Positions 1 through 13,573 of a stretch of DNA of 64,000 nucleotides are shown here, piece by piece. The notes below the pieces were generated by a model, which was not told where the DNA came from, did not search any database, and saw only the letters and a list, made by a program, of their open reading frames with translations. The translations under genes and the position numbers were made by a program. Position 1 is the first letter of the stretch. Each line of letters starts with the position of its first letter. This stretch comes from Octopus vulgaris (lineage: Eukaryota): contig OX597817.1 of the NCBI GenBank assembly GCA_951406725.2, positions 20,894,001-20,958,000 on the forward strand. Direction: 5' to 3'.

Positions 1-215
1 ACTTTGATTAATTTGCAGTAAACAAGCAACTTCTTCGATTACCACTGGGCATTTTGAAACAACCATCTCTTGTGATTGTTGTACATTAACGTCAGTGGTA
101 TACATTGATCATCATCCTGCTCCTTCGTTATGCTCCATGCTTCTTATGCCACTTTTGAACTTCTTGATCCATTCATACACATTTCTACGCAGCACAGCAC
201 GGTCAGTGTATGGAA
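1..215 (-). pseudogene. Mariner transposase N-terminal (HTH) fragment, degraded, running off the window start
   Basis: Minus-strand translation DRAVLRRNVYEWIKKFKSGIRSMEHNEGAG**SMYTTDVNVQQSQEMV...IEEVACLLQINQS matches the mariner HTH pattern (VYEW..RFK.GR....E.RSGRP...T..N); contains stop codons. Confidence 0.7.
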
Positions 216-634
216 CCGAAAGCTGGAGCGGTCATAGTGAAAATCGGATACGTGACCACCCATGTCCCCCATCTTAAATATTTGAGCGTTGATGGCCATG
301 CTGGTAGTTAAGACAATGTCTTAGGGAAAGCACAAATGATTCTTGATTTCCCGTAATATATATACATATATTTATATAGGTTATGAGAGTTAATGGTGTC
401 AATAAGACCCAAAGTTGTCAGGTAGATACGTCAGGTGAGTAAGTGCTATGGATAAACCATATTTAAGCACCAGATTCGGTGATTACACGAATAAGCAATC
501 AAACGTAGGTCATATATCAGCATGTGTATATATAATGTTTTCTTCAGAATGAGATTAAACAAAAACAGGCTGTAAAGATTTTAGAACATTCATAAATGTT
601 CTAAAATCTACACAGCCTTGGTTTTTTCTCATTC

Positions 635-691
<57 letters not shown>

Positions 692-699
692 TTATATAT

Positions 700-782
<83 letters not shown>

Positions 783-2112
783 ATGTTACTATTTGTCTTA
801 CGTGCGTATTTGGGAGACTACTCTCGTGTAAGATTATATGTGTTACCTTAGAATGTCGTGAAAGCTAAGAACAAATCAATGATGTTGCATTGTTGGTAAG
901 CTGTGTGCAGTAAGTTTATCTACAAGCAGTAGCTTTAGACATTTATTTAACCAATTCTGTCGTAGAAATTCTTTAACAACGACGATAGCTCATTAAGACA
1001 AATATTGCCCATATATTATTAGGTTGACTAGTGATTATATTGAATATCATTTTCGACATTGCTGCTAGTAGAATCATTGAAGCGAAGCATCTGTGCTTAA
1101 AAAATAGCTTTGATTACATCCGTAGAGGACTAATTGATACGCGAAAATCTACTCTTAATATTACAGCAAATACTGAAGTTCAAGCGACATTAATACTTCT
1201 CTCGATTTAATGAGAGGTTGCAGCTCATTGCTAAGCAGTAATGGATAGTATGCTGTAAGAGAGTAGCATTTAATTGCCAAGAATTTCAAACGCATTAGCC
1301 GCATATAATTTCTCGTAAGTAACATTTTGATTGGTAACATCAGTGCATTATATTACCGCAAGTTATTGTATCAACTTAGCTGACCTTTGATCGGGTATGC
1401 GAATATGTTACTCGGTAATTTACGAACATTATATATACACATATATGTAAATTCTTGAGTGTTTGTATTCTGTACAAGACATTGTTCAGCTACAAAAGTT
1501 GTGTAATACTTCAAAATGGTTGGTGCTTCTTGAGCTTTCTGTGAGTTGACCTCAATTTCTCATTTATTTGATAAGATACGTGCTTGCATTAATGAACACA
1601 GGAGATCTTATTGCATAAGAACTGCAGGCGTACAAAAAATTATACTTTATTGTCGATTGAAAAGACTTTGATGCCGTAAATGTATTTATATTTCCTATAT
1701 TAGTCACTTCCTGCAAATGTAATTGTTTCGGTAAGCAATACATCAGTGTGTGTCTGTGTGTGTGTGTGTTAGTTCTCTCTTTGTTACTCTCTCTTATTTC
1801 CTCACTGCTATCCCTGTATTTCACATGTTGCATATATATATATAAAATACAGAGGAGATAGATAGACAGAAAGATAGATAGATATATGAATATATAGAAA
1901 AACATTCTGCAGGCAGAGAGCGGTTTCGGGTTAAACGCATTGTGTAGTAAGGGAACGTAGGTTTACTTAGGGGAAGGAATCACATTCTAATTTACCCATG
2001 AGTAAATCCTGGCTTCGCTTTACTGCATTATGAATATTTCTGGGAGTGTAAATTCAAAACAATTACAATGAATACGGAAACCGCTACATCTATATTTTTT
2101 TTTGTATTTTAA

Positions 2113-4301
2113 TATAGGATTTTGCAGTCATCTTCGTGCGTTTATCATTCAATTTGATAATCGGGTCATTGGAAGTCTCGAAAAAAATTAAGCGCCATGA
2201 ACGTAGTCATTCAAATACGTTTTTCGACCGTTCAATTCGCACTTCGGTCAAACACACGATGCAAATTAAAATGCCAGTCGAGAACAGTCAAATTAGTCGG
2301 AATGCGACGAAGCTTCTTTTCGAGCTTTCAAATTCGTTTCGGTACAATATGTTTAACACTTTGAGCAATCGATTAGCACAATAGCTGTTTTGGCTTTATC
2401 TCATGAACATTATCATAATCATATGTTTTCATTCATTGTTTACGATTCAAGCACTCTATCGTGACCATGTCTTTTCTATGTATTCTGTTATTTTTGTATA
2501 GGTACATTTATTGTTAAAGACTTCATGAAATCACATTCCAGACTTTTCAATCTTTTTTTAAAGGAACTCACAATAACAACAAATGTTGATTTCCTCTTTG
2601 ATTTTGAATACTTTATGTTTTCTTCCTTTGCATAATATGTCTTGATGGGAAAAGTATATATTTCTTTGATTTTGTATTTTTTCTTTCATCGGGGAATAGG
2701 TGCTATGGACACTAAGATAATTATTGATTTACGGTCTTAATAAGGAGAGTTCGTTTGAGATAATTTAGCCGTCTATTTACTGGCGGTCGAGACAACTTGA
2801 GAGATGAGACTAGGTTTCAATACCAACGAATACAATTTTCTGGAGTGATAGCGTCAATGTTACGCCTTGCGACCTGTTCTATGACATGTGCTCACCATTC
2901 TTCCTTAGTCATGCGGATTTCTTCTGCAGCTGTCCGGTTGCTAACCCTTTGCTGCAACTCAGGTCGAGCGAGGTCCCTCTTGACAGCCGCCTTAAGAGCA
3001 GAGTGTGCCATTTCTGCGAAACGGTGAGTAGAGAGGTAGAAGTTTCAGCTTGATCTGCTGGGAGCTCGGAAGTGTAGAACAAGTAAGAGGATTAATCCAC
3101 TGGGTATATGTCGGCATATTCTCGAACTGTTTCTGCCAAGAGCTCCTCGAAAGAGTTTCATGTAACGGTATCGTTCGCAATGGATAGATGAACCAGGCCG
3201 ATTTCTCCCGACACCGCGAAAGTTACGTTGCAGTTTTCGCCAGGCTGACAACTGCGCGAACAGGAACGACTCGAGGAGATCATCCAAAAGAGCGCCTGGT
3301 ACAAATTTTGTACCTAGATTCATCAATGAATACGCAATGGCGGACGACTCTCTCTTTAGCGAACCAATGCGCATAATCATAATGCTTTTCTAGAGTTTGG
3401 GGGACAATTCTGGATCGTCATCGGTCAACTTCATTGTTATGAATATCCCAACTAGAGCCAGTGAGATTGTAGACACGGAAACAGGCGGATTTCTGAGCAA
3501 CACTGCCTCTATATTTCTCTTCATCTGTTAAAGCATGACGAGTGGGCTGCCATGAATAATAACCTGAAGCCTGGCTCGCATTTCCTCATCAACCTTAACA
3601 TGGAGGGCACCTACTCTGGGCAACTTGTGGCGCAACCCAGACCGTAAGTAGGTCGCTACTGTGGACCGAGCAATACTCTTTTTGATAACAAATGTGTCTA
3701 CCAGATGCAGGTAAACGGTCTGATGCCTCTCGAAGGCACCAACCAACCTTTCCCTATCTTTGTCTGATATACGCATGTACCTTAAGCGTGGCTCCATGAT
3801 TACAATCTGGTGCAATAGAAAGGGATATAAAACTCAACTGATACCGACCGGTTACGAATGTTGCAATGGAAAAGACTCATAATTTATAAAAGTATCTCAT
3901 AATTTATTTCTTCCTTCTAGCTATAACAACATAATACAATTTACATGAGAAAATATGCCATTTAAAATTGTGATTTCTAATATTCACTCTTTGAATGTGA
4001 GTGAAAACAGACATGTAATTTTTGTGTTAAATCGAATAAACTTATATTGAACTCGAATGCTCAAGTGCGAATTTGAATTCTCGAAATGACGCTTCCTCAC
4101 ATTCCAACTAATTTTAATGCTCTCGACGGGCATTTAATTTGAATGATGTAAATGCTAAATTCTTTGACCGAAGTGCGAAAATGAGTGATCGAAAAACGAA
4201 TTTGAATGACTCACTTCATGCCGCTAATTTTTTCGCGACTTTGAATGAACCAATTATCAAATTAAATGACAAACGTACGAAAATGACTGTAAAAACCTAT
4301 A
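2113..4301 (-). mobile_element. Tc1/IS630-like DNA transposon with ~230 bp terminal inverted repeats and a decayed transposase
   Basis: 2113-~2337 (tataggattttgcagtcatcttcgtgcgtttatc...) is the imperfect reverse complement of ~4066-4301 (...aaacgtacgaaaatgactgtaaaaacctata); TA at both ends. The internal minus strand carries transposase motifs. Confidence 0.85.
2990..3815 (-). pseudogene. DDE_3-type (Tc1/IS630) transposase pseudogene
   Basis: HTH-like ORF 3528-3815 (ISDKDRERLVGAFE...STVATYLRSG...KVDEEMR); CVFIDESRYKICTRRSFG near 3290-3338 (first catalytic D, FIDES motif); LLPLYSPF near 3020-3045 (LPPYSP motif). Frameshifted. Confidence 0.8.
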
Positions 4302-4339
4302 TTTAAAGTTAATTATGCAGCATTATTGGTTTAGACACG

Positions 4340-4640
4340 ACCGACAGAGAATCAACGGTTGCATTTACAATCAGCTATTATCAACTACGCAGCTTTATCC
4401 AAGGTCTGCCCACAAATTTGATTTGAAGTGAACACGGCCTAACGTTTATAGCCATATGAAAGTTCTAAATGACACTTTCACTTTATCTTTCGTATCAAAA
4501 ACCATAGTAATCTAGCAAAATGTTTAGCAACGTATAAATAAACTCAGTTCGCTTCGACTACCACATATGGTCAGACCTTGAATAAAGTTGTGTAGCTGAA
4601 AATAATTGGTTCCAAATGCAACTGTTAATTTTCTATGCAG
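4340..4640. mobile_element. MITE-like element with diverged ~75 bp inverted repeats
   Basis: ...caacggttgcatttacaatcagctattatcaactacgcagctttatccaaggtctgccca (about 4354-4411) pairs with tggtcagaccttgaataaagttgtgtagctgaaaataattggttccaaatgcaactgtt (about 4568-4626); no coding capacity. Confidence 0.55.
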
Positions 4641-4879
4641 CAGAAGTACACGCTGTATAATTAACTCTAAAAATTAAAATAAAAGATATGCAGATATGCA
4701 AGTCTCCGAATTCATTGTAAAAAAATATCATTCTTGCTTCGCATGTTTCAACCAAGTTCACTGGAAAACTTTACCTAATGTTTTCCTAAATCTAATCAAT
4801 ATCACCGTAAATTCGTCCTCCGCTAACTCTTCTAATATAAGGCAGCTTATTCACCGCAGAAATAATAGTAAATTATGAC

Positions 4880-5450
4880 AAGAGTTCAATAACCCACCTA
4901 CTGGATCTAGCGAACGTACATATCTAAATACCAACAAAGGAGATGCAAACTGCAATGAAAAGCACCAATTATTGCTAAATCGTAATAGTTGAAATGCTTA
5001 TGATATTGTTAACTTGGTAACAAAACCAGAAAAATGAAGTCGGAACTGCCCTATATACAAATAGATATGATAAATACTCATGTGGAGAAAAATCAAAATG
5101 CCTATATCTGTTCACGGTACAAGATTTGTACCGTGAACAAAAGAGCAGGACCTTAAGTTTACATTGGGCAGATACTTGATTCATTTAAGAATCGTTATAG
5201 CAACTATGTCGTCAGCTTGAAGAGAATCAAGAAGAGATATTCAACATTTTTGGCCGATTTTGTATGACTGAAGGGTGATTAAATTAAGTAGAATATAACT
5301 TGGTGCATAGTAAGGCACGCAAGTCTATAAACTACCATTTCCCGGTGATGCCGACTCTGCTCCAAAGAATTCCTATTTAGTCTGTGGACAAAAGAGAAGA
5401 TCATTAATATATTTTTCTAAAAGACTCTCAAGATGCCTAGTGATATAAAT
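4880..5450 (+). pseudogene. Penelope-like element GIY-YIG endonuclease remnant (highly decayed)
   Basis: From 5160 the frame reads YIGQILDSFKNRYSNYVVSLKRIKKRYSTFLADFV*LKGD*IK*NITWCIVRHASL*TTISR*CRLCSKEFLF, collinear with the PLE C-terminus (YIG.T..FK.R..NH..SF......T.L.......YNI.W.I.......C.LC..E) also seen at 49050-49400. Confidence 0.65.
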
Positions 5451-6090
5451 GTACGTTCGCACAATGCAGTGGGAATGAATTTGCGTAAATGTTACCATAA
5501 TATATTTTCAGGTATGGATGAATTAAGTTCAGTTTTAACATACCCGTTCTTATAAACACCAAGTAGCTATTTAACTAACTCTGTGATCGTGAGTGCACCA
5601 AACCACACGTGTACGCATGCTTACATTTTTGCGATGCTTGTAAGAGCGAGTGGTCATGCGCCATGTAACTTGCGCGAGGGCGTTGATACATCCATATCTG
5701 TTAACGGTTATTTAGAATATTTTCTCGTTGTATTGCTTGTTCTTTTGTTTTTTTTTTTTTTGGCCGTCTATGTTTTTATGTTTACCTTCTATATAAATGA
5801 AGATTTTCCATAGTTTTGATGTTTTTCAGTCTACGAAATTCGAAGATACGTTGCGGAACTGTTATTTTAACGAGTTGCATCGATTTATCACATGATGAGG
5901 CATATCTGCACCACTGGATGCTCCTGAACCAGCTGTTAAGTGACCCACCCATGAGGGATTCAGGTGGTATGTGTCGAAATAATTGTTGTGATTGATAATA
6001 AAAACTTTCGTATATTACATCTTCCCTAATTTAGTTACCATATATATATATATATATATATATACAATTATAAGTGTGTGTGTATGTATG

Positions 6091-6121
<31 letters not shown>

Positions 6122-6134
6122 ATATATATATGTA

Positions 6135-6420
6135 TCACCGTGATCACCGTGACCGCCCAGGCTATCAGATGTTGCTACACATCGCTGGTCACAATGCGTT
6201 TCGCATTGTTTTAGCCTTTAAATGACGCCAGGCCGACAGAAGAAAGACTGAGAGAAAGTTGCGGCGAAAGAGTACAGCACGTATCGCCCCCCTGCCGGAG
6301 GCTCATGGAGCTGTAGGTGTTTTCGCCCAATAAACACTCACAATGCCTAGTCTAGGAATCGAAACCGTGATCCTATGACCGCGAGTCCGCTGCCCTAACC
6401 ACTGGGCCATTGCGCCTCCA
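6135..6420 (-). mobile_element. tRNA-derived SINE (family A)
   Basis: Minus-strand head ggaggcgcaatggcccagtggttagggcagcggactcgcggtcataggatcacggtttcgattcc with A box (TGGCCCAGTGG) and B box (GGTTTCGATTCC); (CACGGTGAT)-type tail; second copy at 22076-22386. Confidence 0.85.
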
Positions 6421-6421
6421 C

Positions 6422-6536
<115 letters not shown>

Positions 6537-6622
6537 GAAATGAAGAAAATGCTGACAAATAATTGAAGTAATTTAAGTAATTTAATTAGGTGAATGTTCC
6601 GTTCATTTGTTATGCTTATCAA

Positions 6623-7690
6623 AATATAAAAGAGAGATTAGAGTCTGTCTCTTATATGTGGAAAAAAGAGCTCAGAGTTGTTTTGGATTTGCTTGGTTTC
6701 GCGCCTAAAATTTTGATTGGTCATTATAGGGGTCACGTGAATGTTTGAATGGAAGTTGGTGCTGGGTAAGAAAAAGGCTCCAGAGAAGTTAAAATTTAGT
6801 GTCCCGCCTAAAATTTCTTATTGGCCATAATAAAGAGGTCACGTGAATGTTTAGAATTTTCGAAAATAGTGTTGTTGAAACTTCTTATTGTTCAGGCTGG
6901 TCAGTAGACGTCATGGATATTTTAAATAGCTTTTAGCGCGTAGTTATATACTGGATAGTATAGAACAGGAGAGCTGTATGTATATGTGTGGCGCGCGCGC
7001 GCGTGTGTGTGTTTATATGTATGTTGGGCGCGCGCGTGTATATATACAATTTTCAATATTTATAGTTCTGCTGGCCTTGTGCCTGTATCGGAAGCAATAT
7101 TTGTGTGAAGTCAATATTTACAGCCATTTCCAAAAATATGTTGATGTTTTGCACCCGTATTCAAAACCGTATGCAAAACATCCACACTATTTGCTTGCCT
7201 GTATCGGAAGCAAATTGTGTGAAGTCAATTTACAGCCATTTCAAAAATAGTGTTGGATGTTTTACCCGTATTCAAAACCGTATGCGCATACACCGGAACT
7301 ATAAATATTGAAAATTGAACATATACACGCGCGCGCCCCAACATACATATAAACACACACACGCGCGCGCGCGCACACATACATATACAGCTCTCCCTGT
7401 TTAAACGAACTTATCAGTCAGCGAAAATACACTTACTACGCGCTCTATTTAAAATATCCACATGACGTCTACTGACCAGCCTGAACAATAAGAAGTTTCA
7501 ACAACACTATTTTCGAAAATTCTAAACATTTCCTTTATTATGGCCAATAAGAAATTTTTAGCCAAATTTTATATACCCCAGCACCAACATTCACATTCAC
7601 GTGACCCCTTCATAATGACCAATCAAAATTTTCGCAAATCCAAAACAATCTCTCTTTTTTTTATAAGAGACAGACTCTAATCTCTTTTAT
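6623..7690. repeat. Large fold-back inverted repeat (arms about 6623-7068 and 7296-7690) with an internal ~95 bp direct duplication
   Basis: Shared blocks such as gaattttcgaaaatagtgttgttgaaacttcttattgttcaggctggtcagtagacgtcatg (about 6854-6915) and its reverse complement (about 7460-7522); the spacer repeats tgcctgtatcggaagc...aaaaccgtatgc at about 7080-7174 and 7196-7285. Confidence 0.9.
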
Positions 7691-7909
7691 ATATATATAT
7701 ATATATAAATTATATATATATATATTTCCTTTTTATATATATATATCGACATCTCCATATATTTATATATATATATTTATATTATATAGAGGGCATTATT
7801 ACACATAAATGCCACACGCTAGGAGGGACTTTCAAGGTCATTATTACCAAAAATAAACGAATCGTACCGAATACAGCTCTTGAAGCAAGACATTTAGAAA
7901 AAGAATTTA

Positions 7910-7973
7910 GTTCCAGATCACTTGTGATTTCGCAATTAACGTATTATCTACGTCTTTTGTTCATCAGTGAAAC
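7910..7973 (-). ncRNA. Type I hammerhead ribozyme motif
   Basis: Minus strand: gtttca-CTGATGA-acaaaagacgta gataa tacgttaattgc-GAAA-tcac aa gtga-TC-tggaac. Intact core, stem I gtttca/tggaac, stem III tcac/gtga, AUC cleavage triplet; the base pair closing stem II is mismatched (A-C). Confidence 0.7.
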
Positions 7974-8088
7974 ATATTAAGAACACATCAAAAATAAACA
8001 AAACCAAACATACCTATCGGGACCGAACCGACAACCCGCGCCTCTACCGTAGCACATGGAAGTGTTTATTCATCATACATTCTTGTAA

Positions 8089-8122
<34 letters not shown>

Positions 8123-10952
8123 CTAGGTGCATTTGTTTGAGTGCGTATGTATGTAAAATTGAAAAATATGCTTATGGAGTGGTAATATAATAACAGACGA
8201 ATTAATATGTTTCTAAATGAATTTTGGTACAACCATGTAATTAAGTGCATCGTCCAAGTTTAAACTAATTCATCCGTCCTATCTGTATACAGTAATTCAT
8301 TGGAAATAATGGATAGACACTCTTACAGAATACAGCTGTAAAATGTACCAAGTCATCTGGAAACGACATTAAATAAACTCCGAATAATAATTTAGTGTAT
8401 TGTGATGCATAGAATGTAGTACGTGGAGTCGATAAGATAAATGTAGATGTTATTATGCTGATGCGAGAAATGTAAGTAAAAATTGAAATATTTTAGGTTT
8501 ATCAGTGCATTATCTATGGTGTGGATTGTAGTTTACTGTTAAGTGTGGAGGTTTATTATACTATTTTCTAACCTCGTCACACGGTTTTGTAATATGTTAT
8601 TAACATTTTGACAAGTACTTACTAACTTAGTTAAATCTGTAACAAAAATAAAAGAAAAAAGAGGAATAGGGAAAAAATAACGACGGTCTGAAAAATATTT
8701 GCAACTTGATATGTGTCGGTATATAACTGAGATGAAGTCACGTCATTAATTTGTAATCTTTTGAAAACGCATTTCTCATATGTTTAGTTGAGTAAAGAAA
8801 CAATTAACTTCCAGGAGTTGTTTTGTATGTCATAGACACCACATGGGTGTATTTGATTTACTCCACGCTGTATAGTGGTCTCTTTACGTTTTCCATGCAC
8901 CCTTGCGCGCGCACAAACACACACATGCACGCGCACGCACACACAGACACACGCACTAATGGATTCACGCACAAATTTATACACGCACAACCCTAATGCT
9001 CAGCTGGTACTTATTTCATCGCCCCCGAAATGGCGTTTGAACTCTGAACTTATATTCAGAAGAAATGCCGCTAAGCCGTTTGAAGTAACGATTCAGACAG
9101 CTTGCCGCTTTATACATATATTATTATGCATTTGTGACGTTCAAATTTGTGTAGGTTTTATTAAAGAATTGAATGTACATTTGCAACACAGTCGTTCACT
9201 AAATGTTCAGTTTGCATATCTATCATCACTCTCATTATGGATGGTACATTTCAATTGTGATAATTTATCCTGGTAATTGAAAATTATTCTACACGCGCCT
9301 GAAATTATTTTCCAAGTGCAAAACAATGTTTCTTGTACTACTTTGCCGTAGGATACGTAATAATCAGAGATAAAATCTATCCCGATAATTAATTGCGAAT
9401 GTATGCATATTCTGCACTATAAGTGCAGATGTTTGAATTTGTTTCCTATTTCTCTAAAACACAAATAACATAAAGTTAGTTAGCAGTATAGATAAAATTT
9501 AAATGTTTTTTACAGTCACGCTTAAATATTCATTTTAATAAATCCGTATAAGCTATACAAAGATAGGTTAGTAATTGTTGTCTGCGTTGGGTTGGTCATA
9601 TCAATTTTGTGTATCAAAATTCTAAATTATTCCTGAAATTATTATTTGAAAAGAAAACTTTCGTAAAAAATCAAATTCAATAAAACACAATTCTGTAGTC
9701 GTTTGTACCGTATGATAAATAATTTGTGTACAAACTGACATGAACATGGCCGCTAAATTCTTTGACATTTTCCTCTAAGAACTATAGTATGAATATATGT
9801 ATATATTTTATTTTTAGATCGAAATCAAAAGAGAATATGAATCGCATGAAAGTTTGTTTTTTTCTTTCTTTATCATAGATTTCTGAGAAAATATGCAGTT
9901 TTACGTGATAGATCGATAAATTTCCAAGCCAGTGTCATGTTTGCTAAGTGTGATTGGTAAAAGCGTAACCGGTCTTTAGCATTCAAAAACAGGTAAACGT
10001 CTAATATTCTTCCACACTGCTTTGAGTTCAAATCAATTTATTGAATTTATAAAATTATTCTGCTAAGAAATGCAGGTCAAGCGTGCCTTGCAAATTTACA
10101 TTCTATTAAAAGTATAATGTGTTTCAATGAGCATTAAACATTACAATAGAAATGTTTTCTGTCATACATATGTATACAGTGAACAATCATTACATAAGAA
10201 GATTTAATATTTCAGGAAAAATGTGATGTAACAGATACTTCATAGGAATGATATGCACAGAGTTACACTAATACTTCTTCGGAAAAGAAAAGTATTAGTG
10301 AAGTATTTATACTTCTTCACAAAGGAAGATGTATTAGTATTACGAATACCTCTTCAAAAATGTCATTCTGTGGATTTTGTGCATAGAAGCGAAAATTACA
10401 GAGCTTTATAACAGAATAAGGACAATGGAAAATTTCATTATTTATGATTCTCTCCAGCTCAGTATTTGTTTATTTACTATAAGCGCCTTATAATTACATA
10501 TATAGAAGTCAATGTTGGATTTGGTAATTCAGCTATTCATCGACACCTGCGTGCCATCGGAAAAGACAGCAAAGTGGGTCAATGGGTTCTCACTAACTTT
10601 CCGAGCCTAATCGCACGCAGAGATTGAATGCGTGCTCTTCTTTGCTGTCACGTCTCACGAATGAATCATTTTTGGACCGACGATATGTTACTTTCAAGAA
10701 GACAATCCAGGTTTACATTATTATCGAAACAAATCATTTGTAATTGATATGATTTAAATTGAAACAAAAAATACAGTGTTCAGTAGGCTCAAATTATTTA
10801 TATTGTATTAATTTCAGAAGAAATAAGAAAGCTAATATTCTAGACATACAGGGTGATGATTGATCATATATACTCAGCATTACTAAGTAGAAATATATAT
10901 ATATATGCGTATATATATATATGTATATATAAATACATACATATTTATATGC

Positions 10953-10985
<33 letters not shown>

Positions 10986-10992
10986 CATACAC

Positions 10993-11108
<116 letters not shown>

Positions 11109-11683
11109 CATGGATTCACATTCATATATATACACATATGTAATGATATCTGATCTACCATTTGTATGAATCAGAGCGAAGTTCACATATACATTGATAG
11201 TGGTTGCTGAAATGCAGACACGAATATATTTATATATTATGCCGCAATTTCGTATGAAAATACGATTAAATTTGATTCGATATAATTTATTTTGTTAGTT
11301 TCCCTGAGCACGTGCTTAGTGCTCTGCTCCCTATGAATATAATTCAAGTAACTGAATGACGCCGCAGAAATATGATTGAAAACTACTTAAAATATTGCCT
11401 TCAGTTCTGTTTTCAGATAATACTAGTGATGATGATGCGTTAACTCAGACCATGGACAGATGCGACTTTTTGCTTACAAATTCCTCGTTACTTTTCATTT
11501 TTATCATCTGTTTAACTATTTCATAGGCGATTTTTTTTTCAAATTTAATAATTCAAGCAGAAATAAAACGCATTGGCAAAATACACTTTGTTATTTTAAA
11601 GAATTTTCTTTGCTCTACAAGATACTGTGTTTTGATTCTTTTAATTTTATTGATGTTTGTGTATTTTTAGAACATGTAAAAGG

Positions 11684-12325
11684 GAATGACAGTTGGACAA
11701 ATCTGAGTATTTTCGACTCAATTTGCCTTTTGCATTTAGTCGAGGTGTTAAGGCCGCCGAAGCTACTCGTAAATTTTATGCTGTGTATGGAGAAGGATCA
11801 AGGTCTTGAAGTACCGCTCGGCATTGATTTTCGCGCATCAAAAATGGTTATCTTAACCTCCAGAACGTATCACACATCGGTCGACCAATTCAGTTCGATG
11901 AAAAGTGATTAAGACAACTTCTTCACAAAATTTCCGTCAAATGCCCAGAGAACTTGCGGAGCAGATGGAATGTAAGTAAAAAGAATGTTGTGAACCACCT
12001 TCGTTCAATAGGCAAGGTTGAGAAAATCAGCTCCTAGGTGCCACGCATTTTGATCGTAAACAAGAAAAATCAACGCTCGAATGGGAAGTGCTACTACATC
12101 CTACACACCCTCTAGACTTGGCGCCGTCAGGTTTCATCTGTTTCGAACGCTTTCGATTACTTTCGAGCGGTGTATTGCTCTATATTGACGTGAAATTTAG
12201 AGCTTGGCTGGACGAATTCTTTGAGTAAAAACAGCGAGATTTCTATCGCGGGGGCATCAAAAAACTTATTGAATGATGGGAGGAAGTCGTAAACAACAAC
12301 GGAGAGTATATAATTGATGAATTTG
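11684..12325 (+). pseudogene. Mos1-like mariner transposase pseudogene with internal deletion
   Basis: FRLNLPFAFSRGVKAAEATRKFYAVYGEG...FSRIKNG...GRPIQFDE...; *VPRIL (WVPHEL-like); EWEVLLHPTHPLDLAPS (YSPDLAPSD-like); ...WEEVVNNNGEYIID terminus. Most of the catalytic core between the two motifs is missing. Confidence 0.85.
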
Positions 12326-13529
12326 TTGTAGACGTTTTCTTTAAAATAAAATTGAAAAAGAAATCAAAATGATTATAAATGATTCCTGAATCCAACAGAT
12401 GAATATGTTGATTTATTCTTATAATTATCCTTATCTAAAGATGTTTTTCATATTTCTCAGACATCAGGAAATATTGAACCTTAATTGAAAAGAAAACTTT
12501 GAATTGTCTTTGCGAGTTCTGATAATTTACCCACCCGTCCAATTAGGAATAACAGTAGAAAATAATTGTGAATATGATATATTACAGGAATATTCAGAAG
12601 TAATTGCTTTCTTTTTTGCTTACTTAAAACATCCATAAATGTGCAACCGACTTCACTAGGGCTTAAATAGCATACATAATAGCAAACATGGCTGAATTTA
12701 TTCCTCGTCAACCAAAGGATCATTATCTCTTTGAATCGGATGGCCATGTGCAAGTATGAAAGAAAAGCTATGTCACAAAATCTTTTCTTTTATAAGAAGT
12801 GTTAAGAGTAGGACGTTTAGGACGTTTTAGAGAATTCAACCCTCTATTAAGCTTCTGATTGACAAAAAGGAAACCTCTAAATCTTACGAAGAAACAGAAG
12901 GTAAGTGTCTTCTTGCTATCATATATAGTGTTTCCTTTTCTCTCTCACACAAACGTTATACACTACAAGAAATGCCAAACGCAACGATATTTTCATGATG
13001 AAATTTAGTTTGTATTATAGATGAAAATGAAAAGAAATCGCTCTAAGCTGAAAAATAATATAGATAGTCGCATATGTTTGAGAAAGTACATAATACTGGC
13101 TCTACGCTGTTAATAATGCAACTCATATATTAATTCAATTACTTTCCTCAGTCATTATCACCCGCCACAAAAAAAAGAGCTAGCATCACTCATTTTGACA
13201 GACGTAAAACGAGTAAATATACATAATTTAATATTTTTATACGTTTTTTTTTACATTCAAAACATTCCTGCTGTATAATGATATTGTAGATAAGGTGTGG
13301 TTTAAAATATTTTTGTTTACATAGTCGGCTGTGATTCTTTTAATTTCGAAACAAAGTTAATTAATTTCCAATGCAAGTTCCATTAAATATATATTATTTA
13401 ATTATTCTGAGTATTTCATGAAAGTTTGATGTATGTGCGTGTGTGACACACACACATTCATAAACGCACGCACGCACACACACATATATATTCCTACACA
13501 TGCATTTATTTCCATTTATATATATATAC

Positions 13530-13573
<44 letters not shown>

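Noticed and set aside
6340-6420. tRNA gene
   Set aside because: The A/B boxes belong to a SINE head that continues into a repeated body (second copy at 22076-22386).
12795-12906. Possible host exon ending at AAG/GTAAGT (12900)
   Set aside because: Only a donor-like motif; no recognisable coding frame or partner exons.
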